Shown here piece by piece: positions 28,034 through 37,596 of a stretch of DNA of 64,000 nt (positions are counted from its first letter, which is position 1; each line of letters opens with the position of its first letter). This stretch comes from Alphaproteobacteria bacterium (GTDB lineage: Bacteria > Pseudomonadota > Alphaproteobacteria > UBA828). Location: positions 2,747,438 to 2,811,437 of the forward strand of contig CBDCKM010000002.1 in assembly GCA_965218275.1 (NCBI GenBank). The letters are read 5' to 3'. The position numbers and the translations under genes are program-made. The notes beneath the pieces are model-generated. The model was not told where the DNA came from. It worked only from the letters and a program-made list of their open reading frames with translations, and ran no database searches.

Positions 28034-28110
28034 CCGGCTGCGAGGCGCACATGAATCGTCACAACCCCTTGAATGCACCGGACAAGCTAAAATTTCCCAT
28101 AATATATCTT

Positions 28111-28373
28111 ATGCGAATTGTCTCTCATGCGGCGTCGGCTTTTCGAGCGGACGGCTGCACTCTACCGCGCGGCGCACACGGGTCCACCCGACCCTGGGAG
28201 AGCTCCCCATTTATTTTCCGCGTTCGCGATGGCGGTGTGTGGATGCGAATTGCCTCTCATGCAGCGCCGGCCTTCCGCACGGACGCCTGCACAGTCTACC
28301 GAGCGGCGCACGCGGGTCCACCCGACCCTGGGAGAGCCCCCGACCCTTCCGCGTTCGCGATGGTGTGCGAGCG
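28111..28373. repeat. two tandem copies of a ~132-bp intergenic unit immediately upstream of mazG
   Basis: ATGCGAATTG(T/C)CTCTCATGC starts at 28111 and 28243. The shared blocks GCGGCGCAC.CGGGTCCACCCGACCCTGGGAGAGC and CCGCGTTCGCGATGG occur in both units. Confidence 0.85.
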
Positions 28374-29285
28374 ATGACCGATACGACGGCACCGCGCCCG
28401 CGCCGCGACGAACGCGATGGGCGGCCCGGCATCGACCGGCTGCTGGAGGTCATGGCCCGGCTGCGCGATCCGGATGGCGGCTGCCCGTGGGATCTGGAGC
28501 AGAGTTTCGAGACCATCGCGCCCTACACGATCGAGGAGGCCTACGAGGTGGCCGAGGCGATCCGCCAGGGCGATCGGGCGGCGTTGCGGGACGAACTCGG
28601 CGACCTGCTCCTCCAGGTCGTCTTCCATGCCCAGATGGCGCGGGAGGACGGCAGCTTCGACTTCGACGCGGTTGCGCGCGGCATCGCGGAGAAGATGATC
28701 TGCCGCCACCCTCACGTCTTCGGCGGCGAGGATGGGGACGCGCGCGTGTCCGCGCCGGCGCAGACGCGGGCCTGGGAAGCCCAGAAGGCCGCCGAACGCG
28801 AGGCCAGCGCGGCAGCGGAAGGGCGCAGGCCCAGCGTGCTGGACGGGGTTGCACTGGCCCTCCCCGCCCTGCTGCGCGCCGAGAAGCTGCAGAAGCGCGC
28901 GGCCCGTGTGGGCTTCGACTGGCCGGCATCCGCCCCGGTGTTCGACAAGGTGGTCGAGGAAGTGGACGAGCTGCGCGACGCCGCGTCGTCGCAGGCATCG
29001 GACTCGGCGGGCACGGCGGTCGCCGAGGAGCTCGGCGACCTGCTCTTCGCCTGCGTCAATCTCGCGCGCCACCTCGGCGTCGATGCCGAAGCCGCGCTGC
29101 GCGGCGCCAACGCCAAGTTCACCGCGCGCTTCCACCATGTCGAGGCAGCACTGGCGGAGTCGGGGCGGAGCGCCGAAGAGGTCGGCCCCGCTGAGCTGGA
29201 CCGGCTGTGGGAGAACGCGAAACGCACCGAGCGCCGCCCGTCGGGCGATGCGGCGGCGGCCGATTCGGCGAAGGGAGCGCGCTAG
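28374..29285 (+). CDS. mazG: nucleoside triphosphate pyrophosphohydrolase MazG
   Basis: CPWDLEQSFETIAPYTIEEAYEVAEAI and a second EEVDEL..EELGDLLF half-domain. The ORF-track N-terminal extension runs through the tandem repeat and was rejected. Confidence 0.88.
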   Translation: MTDTTAPRPRRDERDGRPGIDRLLEVMARLRDPDGGCPWDLEQSFETIAPYTIEEAYEVAEAIRQGDRAALRDELGDLLLQVVFHAQMAREDGSFDFDAVARGIAEKMICRHPHVFGGEDGDARVSAPAQTRAWEAQKAAEREASAAAEGRRPSVLDGVALALPALLRAEKLQKRAARVGFDWPASAPVFDKVVEEVDELRDAASSQASDSAGTAVAEELGDLLFACVNLARHLGVDAEAALRGANAKFTARFHHVEAALAESGRSAEEVGPAELDRLWENAKRTERRPSGDAAAADSAKGAR

Positions 29286-29297
29286 GGGAAACGGACC

Positions 29298-29338
29298 CGG
29301 ACGGGAGGGGCGCTGCCGGTGCAGCCCCCCTCCCCGTC
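29298..29338. terminator. long GC-rich hairpin between the convergent mazG and groEL genes (candidate bidirectional terminator)
   Basis: GGACGGGAGGGG-C-GCTGC [CGGT] GCAGC-C-CCCCTCCCCGTCC forms a stem of ~17 bp with one bulge. There is no clear U-tract. Confidence 0.5.
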
Positions 29339-29362
29339 CCGGCAAACGCGAATTGCGGCGGG

Positions 29363-31057
<1,695 letters not shown>

Positions 31058-31101
31058 CGCCGATCGCTCCGGATTCGATGTCTAGCCGGCGGGACGCCGG
31101 A

Positions 31102-31389
31102 CTACTCGATCACGCCCATGATGTCGGACTCCTTCATGATCAACAGCTCCTCGCCGTCGACCTTGACCTCTGAGCCCGACCACTTGCCGAAAAGGATGCG
31201 GTCGCCGGCCTTGACATCGAGCGGGGCGAGCTTGCCGTCGTCGCCGCGCGCGCCCGGCCCGGCCGCGACGACCTCGCCCTCCTGCGGCTTCTCCTGGGCG
31301 GTATCGGGGATGATGATGCCGCCTGAGGTCGTCTGATCCTGCTCGAGCCGCCGCACCAGCACGCGGTCGTGCAAAGGCCTGATATTCAT
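31102..31389 (-). CDS. groS: co-chaperonin GroES
   Basis: [46 protein letters not shown], 95 aa. The start was chosen at the conserved [10 protein letters not shown]. Confidence 0.95.
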   Translation of the reverse strand: MNIRPLHDRVLVRRLEQDQTTSGGIIIPDTAQEKPQEGEVVAAGPGARGDDGKLAPLDVKAGDRILFGKWSGSEVKVDGEELLIMKESDIMGVIE

Positions 31390-31445
31390 GCCGCCCTCCC
31401 GAGATGTAAGCATGTCCAATGGCTTGTGCGCCGCCCCAGCGCCTG

Positions 31446-31472
31446 TTAGCGCTCTAACGAGGCGAGTGCCAA
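31446..31472 (-). promoter_or_regulatory. CIRCE (HrcA operator) inverted repeat upstream of groES
   Basis: On the groES sense strand the sequence is TTGGCACTC-N9-GAGCGCTAA. The consensus is TTAGCACTC-N9-GAGTGCTAA, so each half-site has one deviation. The element lies 57-83 nt upstream of the groES ATG. Confidence 0.8.
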
Positions 31473-31518
31473 CTTAATAGGGAGACGATGCGGCGGTGTC
31501 AACCGGGCCGCAGGGACG

Positions 31519-31780
31519 GGACTCTATTCATTTCCCTCAAGCGCCGGGCGCTCGCTCCGCACTTTTTCATTTCCCTCAAGCGCCGGGCGTTCGCTCCGCT
31601 CACTTGGCTACGCGCCTTGCGGCGCGCCGGCGCGGTCGCGCCGGCCGGGCCGCTTCGCGGCCCGGTCCCGTTCATCTCCCGCACCCCGTGTGCCACTGGG
31701 TGCGCGCTCCGCTCGCTTGGCTCCGCGCCTGGCGGCCCGGTCCCGCTCATCTCCCGCACCCCGTGTGTCGCCGGGCGCTT
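31519..31780 (+). repeat. REP-like dispersed repeat cluster R1 (GC-rich hairpin family)
   Basis: Contains TTTCCCTCAAGCGCCGGGCG twice, then CTCGCTCCGCTC.CTTGGCT.CGCGCCTTGCGGCGCGCCGGCGCGGTCGCGCCGGCCGGGCCGC-TTCG-GCGGCCCGGTCCCG and CATCTCCCGCACCCCGTGTG twice. The same blocks are found at R2-R5. Confidence 0.9.
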
Positions 31781-31814
31781 GTGGGTGATGCGGTCGGCAT
31801 TCCCTCTCCGCCCT

Positions 31815-33209
31815 TCAGCGGGCGGCGAGGGAGATGCCGGGGCGCTGCTGCAGGCGGCCGGCGTCGGCCGGGCTGAGGCCGACCGTGAGCCGTGCTTCGC
31901 CGCCGTCGTCGGCGCGCTCCAGGACCTCGCCGTGGCGGTAGAGCCAGGCGAGGGTGGCGCCGTCGGCATAGGGCACCCGCACCTCGACGATGCGCCGTGC
32001 CGCCGCGAGCCTGGCGTCGATCACGCCGATCACATCGTCGATCCCGGCGCCGGTGAGCGCCGAGGCCGCGACCGCGCAGGCATCGTTGCCGGGGGGAAGG
32101 CCGCCGGGATGGGCGGCGGGATGGCCGGCGCTGGCGGCTCCCTCCCCTCCCCGCCCGGCGAGACCTGCGCGTTGCCGGGGGGCGAGCAGGTCGAGCTTGT
32201 TGAGCACCTCGACGACTCCGCTCCGCAGCCGGTCTTCGAGCCCGAGCGCGGCCAGCACCCGCAGCACGTCGGCGCGCTGCTCGGCGCTGTCGGGGTGGGC
32301 GCAGTCGCGGACATGCACGATGAGGTCCGCGGCCACCACCTCCTCCAGCGTCGCGCTGAACGCCGCCACCAGGTCGTGCGGCAGGTCGGAGACGAAGCCC
32401 ACCGTGTCCGACAGGATCACACGCAGGCCGGACGGCAGGACGAGCCCGCGCATGGTCGGATCGAGGGTCGCGAAGAGCTGGTCGTGCGCGGCCGTGCCGG
32501 CCCCGGTCAGCCGGTTGAACAGCGTCGATTTTCCGGCGTTGGTGTAGCCCACCAGCGCGACCACGGGATAGGGAACCCGACGCCGCGCCGCGCGATGCAG
32601 GCCGCGCGTGCGCTTGACCCCGTCGAGTGCGCGTTCCAGCCGGCCGATGCGGGCGCGAATCTGGCGCCGGTCCGCCTCGATCTGCGTCTCCCCCGGCCCG
32701 CCCACGAAGCCGAGGCCGCCGCGCTGGCGCTCCAGGTGGGTCCAGGACCGCACCAGGCGGCTGCGCTGGTAGCGGAGAGCGGCGAGCTCGACCTGGAGGC
32801 TGCCCTCGCGGGTGCGCGCCCGCGCCGCAAAGATCTCCAGGATGAGCGCGGTGCGGTCGATGACCTTGCAGTGCCAGGACCGTTCGAGATTGCGCTGCTG
32901 GACCGGGGTCAGCACGCCGTCCACGACCGCCAGTCCGAGCCCGTGCTGCGATACCGCGTCCGCCACCGCCTCCACCCGTCCGGGGCCGAAGAGCGTCGCC
33001 GGCCGCGGCTTCTGCACGGCCACCACGTCCGCGAACACCACCTCGAGGTCGATCGCCCGCGCGAGGCTCACCGCCTCGACCAGGCGACTCTCGGGCTCGC
33101 GCGTCGGCTCGCAGGCACGCAGCTTCGCCGGCGGGCGGACAAGCGCCGGATGCAGAACGCAGGCGCGCGGCGGCGAGCCGCCGTTGTGGGACGCGCGTGC
33201 GTCCGTCAC
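31815..33209 (-). CDS. hflX: GTPase HflX
   Basis: Motifs RTALILEIFAARARTREG, GGPGETQIE and the G1 motif LVGYTNAGKSTLFN. The GTG start directly abuts the hfq stop. Confidence 0.92.
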   Translation of the reverse strand: MTDARASHNGGSPPRACVLHPALVRPPAKLRACEPTREPESRLVEAVSLARAIDLEVVFADVVAVQKPRPATLFGPGRVEAVADAVSQHGLGLAVVDGVLTPVQQRNLERSWHCKVIDRTALILEIFAARARTREGSLQVELAALRYQRSRLVRSWTHLERQRGGLGFVGGPGETQIEADRRQIRARIGRLERALDGVKRTRGLHRAARRRVPYPVVALVGYTNAGKSTLFNRLTGAGTAAHDQLFATLDPTMRGLVLPSGLRVILSDTVGFVSDLPHDLVAAFSATLEEVVAADLIVHVRDCAHPDSAEQRADVLRVLAALGLEDRLRSGVVEVLNKLDLLAPRQRAGLAGRGGEGAASAGHPAAHPGGLPPGNDACAVAASALTGAGIDDVIGVIDARLAAARRIVEVRVPYADGATLAWLYRHGEVLERADDGGEARLTVGLSPADAGRLQQRPGISLAAR

Positions 33210-33467
33210 TTACGTATCGTCTTCCTCCGACGCCGCGCCGGGATCGAACAACTGAATCGGTTGTACCGGCATGACCGTCGAGATCGCATGCTTGTAGACA
33301 AGCTGCGAATGGTCGTCCCGCCTGAGCAGGACGCAGAAATTGTCGAACCAGGTGATGATTCCCTGGAGCTTGACGCCGTTCACGAGAAAAATCGTGACCG
33401 GCATCTTTCCCTTGCGCACGTGATTGAGGAAGACATCCTGGAGATTATGCGACCGATTGCCAGTCAT
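33210..33467 (-). CDS. hfq: RNA chaperone Hfq
   Basis: [59 protein letters not shown] (Sm1/Sm2 motifs), 85 aa. The ORF-track extension into the repeat was rejected. Confidence 0.95.
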   Translation of the reverse strand: MTGNRSHNLQDVFLNHVRKGKMPVTIFLVNGVKLQGIITWFDNFCVLLRRDDHSQLVYKHAISTVMPVQPIQLFDPGAASEEDDT

Positions 33468-33579
33468 GTGCTTCTCTATCCCTTGCCGCCCCGCTCGTTC
33501 CGGGCCGGGCGCCGGGCGCCGACCGCGCGGGGACGCACCGGGAACGACTATAACGGCGATCCCGCCGAAAAAGAACGCC

Positions 33580-33815
33580 CCGCAGCACACGGGCTGCAGG
33601 AGATGAGCGGGATCGGGCCGCGCAGCGGCCCGTCCGAAAAGAACTCCCCCGCGGCACACGGGCTGCGGGAGATGAGCGGGACCGGGCCGCGTAGCGGCCC
33701 GGCCGGCGCGACCGCGCCGGCGCGCCGCAGGCGCGTAAGCCAAGCGAGCGGAGCGAGCGCCCGGCGCTTGAGGGAAATGAATAGAGTCTTCGCGCCCGGC
33801 GCTTGAGGGAATGAA
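33580..33815 (-). repeat. REP-like dispersed repeat cluster R2 (inverted relative to R1)
   Basis: The reverse complement of the R1 blocks is present: ..GGGACCGGGCCGC-GTAG-CGGCCCGGCCGGCGCGACCGCGCCGGCGCGCCGCAGGCGCGTAAGCCAAGCGAGCGGAGCGAGCGCCCGGCGCTTGAGGGAAA. Confidence 0.9.
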
Positions 33816-33871
33816 AATGGTCCGGCTCGCGACGAGGGTGTTCTCCCGATCGAAGGGGACGGCACGGGGCC

Positions 33872-34738
33872 TCATCGGCGGTTGGCGCGTCCGCCGCGAC
33901 AGTAGCCGAGGTAGAGATCGCGCAGCCGCAGGGTCACCGGCCCCGGCTCTCCAGCGCCGATGGAGCAGCCGTCGATGCGCACGATGGCGCGGACGAAGGA
34001 GGTCGTGCTGGTCAGGAAGGCCTCCGGCGCGGCTTTCGCCTCGCTCAGCGCGAAGGGGCGCTCGGCCACTTCCAGCCCCGCCTCGCGGGCCAGCCGGATT
34101 ACCGTCTGGCGGGTGATGCCGCCGAGGATGTTCGATTCGAGGTCGCGGGTCACCACGCGGCCGGTGTCGTCCACGATCCAGGCGTTGGTCGCGGCGCCCT
34201 CGGTGATCCGGCCCTGGCGATCGACCAGCCAGGCCTCGTAGGCGCCCTGCTCGCGCGCGGCCTGCCTGGCCAGCACGTTGGGAAGCAGCGAGACGGATTT
34301 CACGTCGCAGCGCCCCCAGCGCCGGTCCGGCAGCGAGATCACCTCGGCGCCGCGGTCCGCCGCCGCGCTCTCGGGCCAGCGGACCGGGCGGGCGGTGAGG
34401 ACGACGGCGCCCTCGGCCTCCTCGGGGAAGGGATGGTCCCGCGCCGCCGCGCCGCGCGTGACCTGCATGTAGACCATGCCGTCGCGCACCCGGTTGCGGC
34501 GCAGCACCTCGCGCGTCACCAGCCTGAGCGCGCCGCGCGGGAGCGGCAGGTCCATCCTGAGTTCGCCGAGCGAGCGCTCCAGCCGGTCGAGGTGCGGCTC
34601 CTCGTCGATCACCCGGCCGCCGAAGACAGAAGCGACCTCATAGACGCCGTCCGAGAACTGATAGCCCCGGTCCTCGACATGGACCTGGGCCCGGTCGTGG
34701 GGCAGGTAGCGGCCGTTCACGTAGGCGATGCGGGACAT
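33872..34738 (-). CDS. class IV aminotransferase (D-amino-acid transaminase-like)
   Basis: [20 protein letters not shown] and MVYMQVTRG blocks. Its position between trkA and hfq matches what I recall from Rhizobiales. Confidence 0.85.
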   Translation of the reverse strand: MSRIAYVNGRYLPHDRAQVHVEDRGYQFSDGVYEVASVFGGRVIDEEPHLDRLERSLGELRMDLPLPRGALRLVTREVLRRNRVRDGMVYMQVTRGAAARDHPFPEEAEGAVVLTARPVRWPESAAADRGAEVISLPDRRWGRCDVKSVSLLPNVLARQAAREQGAYEAWLVDRQGRITEGAATNAWIVDDTGRVVTRDLESNILGGITRQTVIRLAREAGLEVAERPFALSEAKAAPEAFLTSTTSFVRAIVRIDGCSIGAGEPGPVTLRLRDLYLGYCRGGRANRR

Positions 34739-34750
34739 GCAGGGCTCCGG

Positions 34751-36127
34751 TCAGAAGAACTCCAGGCTCACGGCGAACATCTGCTCGATCTTCTTCACCG
34801 CGCGCGCGGCCGCCAGGATCACGACCCGGTCATGTTCCCGGATCACCGTCTGCGCGCGCGGAATGATGACCTCGTCGTCACGCAGGATCGCGCCGACGAT
34901 GATGCCGGCGGGCAGCTTGATCTCGACCAGCGGCCGGCCCACCATGGGCGAGGTGCCGAGGGCCTCGGCCTCGATGATCTCGGCGGCGCCGTCGCGGATC
35001 GAATGCACCGCCAGGATGCGGCCGCGCCTGATGCGCTGCAGGATCGTCGAGATCGTCGATTCCCGCGGACTCACCGCGACGTCGACGCCGAGGCTCCCCA
35101 TCAGCGGCCCGTAGTTCGGATTGTTGACCAGCGAGATCGCGGTTGGGCAGCCGGCGCGCTTCGCCAGCAGCGCCGCCAGAATGTTCACCTCGTCGACGTT
35201 GGAGACCGCGATCACCGTCTGGGCGAGCCCGATATTGATCTCGGCGAAGATGTCGGCGTCCAGCGCATCGCCGCAGATGACGGGGATGCGGCCGAGCCGC
35301 TCGGCCAGATAGCGCGCGCGCTCCGGGTTCAGCTCGACCACCTTCAGGTCGAGCCCCGGATGGCTGTGTTCCAGTTCCTGCGTCAGGAAATAGCCGATAT
35401 TGCCGCCACCGATGATGACCACCCGGTGTGCCTCCGGCTCCTCGTGCCCGAAGACCGCCATGCCGCGCGCGACATGCTCGGAGTCGACGGCGAAATAGAC
35501 CTCGTCGCCGATCAGCATCTGATCGTCGGCGCGCGGCACGATGAGACGCGATTCCCGGCAGATCGCGAGTATCGTGATGTTGAGATCGGGAAACAGCTCG
35601 GTGAGCTGGCGCAGCGGCGTGTTGACGATGGGGCAGCCGTCCTCGCAGCGCACCGCGATGACCCGCAGGCGCCCGCCGCCGAAGGGCAGCATGTCGAGGG
35701 CGCCCGGCACCTGAAGCCGGCGCTCGATGGCGCGGGCGACTTCGATCTCAGGCGAGATGATGAGGTCGATCGGCATGTTGTCGCGGCTGAAGAGGTCCGT
35801 CCAGGCCGGGTTCAGGTAACTCTGCTGACGCACCCGCGCGATCTTCTCCGGCACGTCGAAGAGCGAGTGGGCGACCTGGCAGGCCACCATGTTGACCTCG
35901 TCGAAGTGGGTCACGGCGACGATCATCTCGGCATTCTTGGCGCCTGCTTCCTCCAGCACGTCGGGGAGCGATGCGTTGCCGACGATCGCCCTCGCGTCCA
36001 CCGTGTCGGAGAGACGCTGCACGACCGCGCGGTTGCTGTCGATCACGGTCACGTCGTTGGCCTCGCTGGCGAGCTGGCGGGCGATGCTGGAGCCCACCTG
36101 GCCGGCGCCGCAGACGATGATGTTCAT
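34751..36127 (-). CDS. trkA: Trk system potassium uptake protein TrkA
   Basis: Two Rossmann TrkA-N repeats (IIVCGAGQVGSSIA and VVIIGGGNIGYFL), 458 aa. Confidence 0.9.
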   Translation of the reverse strand: MNIIVCGAGQVGSSIARQLASEANDVTVIDSNRAVVQRLSDTVDARAIVGNASLPDVLEEAGAKNAEMIVAVTHFDEVNMVACQVAHSLFDVPEKIARVRQQSYLNPAWTDLFSRDNMPIDLIISPEIEVARAIERRLQVPGALDMLPFGGGRLRVIAVRCEDGCPIVNTPLRQLTELFPDLNITILAICRESRLIVPRADDQMLIGDEVYFAVDSEHVARGMAVFGHEEPEAHRVVIIGGGNIGYFLTQELEHSHPGLDLKVVELNPERARYLAERLGRIPVICGDALDADIFAEINIGLAQTVIAVSNVDEVNILAALLAKRAGCPTAISLVNNPNYGPLMGSLGVDVAVSPRESTISTILQRIRRGRILAVHSIRDGAAEIIEAEALGTSPMVGRPLVEIKLPAGIIVGAILRDDEVIIPRAQTVIREHDRVVILAAARAVKKIEQMFAVSLEFF

Positions 36128-37596
36128 GGTCCGCCCGGTATGGTGGAGCCGTCCGGCACGCCGGGACTGTCCGGCCCCTCTGCTTCGCTGCCATTGCCGT
36201 CTGCGCCGGGTTCGTTGTCGAAGGTCCCGAGCGAGCGCAGCTTGCGGTGGAGCGCCGACCGTTCCATGCCGACGAATTCGGCGGTTCGCGAGATGTTGCC
36301 GCCGAAGCGCGCGATCTGGGCATTGAGATAGTCCCGCTCGAACTGCCGGCGGGCGTCGCGCAGCGGCAGCGTCATCAGGCCGGCCGGGCCCGCGATCGCT
36401 TGCGGCATCCCCGACGCCGGACCGAGCGCAGCCGGGATCATGTCGGCACCGATCGAGCGGTCATGGGAGGTCGGCGCCATGATGAGGAGCCATTCCACGA
36501 AGTTGCGCAGCTGGCGCACATTGCCGGGCCAGTCGAAGGACTGCAGCATCGCCATCGCGCCGCTGCCGATCTCGCGTGGGGGCAGCCCGACACTCTCCGC
36601 CGCCTGCTGGATGAAGTAGCGCGCGAGCGCGGGAATGTCCTCGCGGCGGTCGCGCAGTGCCGGAACCTCGATGGGCGTCACCTGCAGCCGGTAGTACAGG
36701 TCGCCGCGAAAGCGCCCCTGCTCGATCTCGGTCTCCATATCGCGTGTGGTCGCCGCCATGACGCGGATATCGACCTCGATCCGCTGCGTGCCGCCTTCGC
36801 GCTCGAAGGTGTGCGCCTGCAGGGCGCGAGCGATCTTTCCCTGGGTCTCGAGCGGCATGTCGGCAATCTCGTCGAAGAAGAGCGTGCCGCCGTGGGCGCG
36901 TTCGAAGGTCCCGATCTTGCGCGAGCGGCCGGCTTCGACCCCCTCCCCCTCGCTGCCGAAGAGCTCCAGCTCCACGTGGTCGGGCCGCATCATCGCGGCA
37001 TTGGCCACCACGAAGGGGCCGGCGGAACGGCGGGAGCGGCTGTGGATGAGGCGGGCGACGACCTCCTTGCCCGCGCCGGCGGGGCCGGTGATGAAGACGC
37101 GCCGGTCGGTCGGCGCAGCGCGCTCGGCGGCCATGCGTACCTGCCTGATCGCCGGCGAGGTGCCGATCAGGTCCCGCGCCGCGCCGGCACGCAGCGTCAG
37201 CTCGGCGACCTCGCGCCTCAACTCCGCAGCCTCCAGCGCCCTGGCCACCGTGAGCAGCAGCCGGTCGCTGTCGAGCGGCTTCTCGATGAACTCGTAGGCC
37301 CCTTTCTTGATGGCGGTGACGGCGGTGTCGATGGTGCTGTGCCCGCTGATCATGATGACGGGCACCTCGGGGTGGTCGAGTGTCACCGCCTCCAGCACCT
37401 CCATGCCGTCGAGCTCGCTTCCCTCCAGCCAGACGTCGAGGATGACGAGCGCCGGCGGCGGTCCGGAATTGACCGCCTCGAGCGCGGCAGTGCCGTCGGC
37501 AGCGCAGCGCGGGGCATAGCCGCCGTCCTCCAGGATGCCGGCGATCGACGTGCGGACATCGGGTTCGTCGTCGACGATCAGGATATCGCGGAGCAT
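36124..37596 (-). CDS. ntrX: sigma-54-type response regulator NtrX
   Basis: Receiver domain (ILIVDDEPDVR..DVWL), an AAA+ region (ITGPAGAGKEVVARLIH) and a C-terminal HTH. It overlaps both neighbours. Confidence 0.88.
   Translation of the reverse strand: MLRDILIVDDEPDVRTSIAGILEDGGYAPRCAADGTAALEAVNSGPPPALVILDVWLEGSELDGMEVLEAVTLDHPEVPVIMISGHSTIDTAVTAIKKGAYEFIEKPLDSDRLLLTVARALEAAELRREVAELTLRAGAARDLIGTSPAIRQVRMAAERAAPTDRRVFITGPAGAGKEVVARLIHSRSRRSAGPFVVANAAMMRPDHVELELFGSEGEGVEAGRSRKIGTFERAHGGTLFFDEIADMPLETQGKIARALQAHTFEREGGTQRIEVDIRVMAATTRDMETEIEQGRFRGDLYYRLQVTPIEVPALRDRREDIPALARYFIQQAAESVGLPPREIGSGAMAMLQSFDWPGNVRQLRNFVEWLLIMAPTSHDRSIGADMIPAALGPASGMPQAIAGPAGLMTLPLRDARRQFERDYLNAQIARFGGNISRTAEFVGMERSALHRKLRSLGTFDNEPGADGNGSEAEGPDSPGVPDGSTIPGGP

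Noticed and set aside
27867-28373. 169-codon N-terminal extension of mazG
   Set aside because: It overlaps the end of the MBL gene and reads through the 132-bp tandem repeat, giving two near-identical nonsense peptide segments. MazG motifs begin after the ATG at 28374.
31519-31780. Possibility that the repeat clusters (R1, R2, R4) are CRISPR arrays
   Set aside because: The units are irregular in spacing and composite, with several different blocks. The intervening sequences are themselves repeated, the same blocks occur in both orientations, and no cas genes are present.
31488-33806. 772-aa plus-strand ORF across hflX and hfq
   Set aside because: It is antisense to hflX and hfq, and both of its ends are made of REP repeat sequence.
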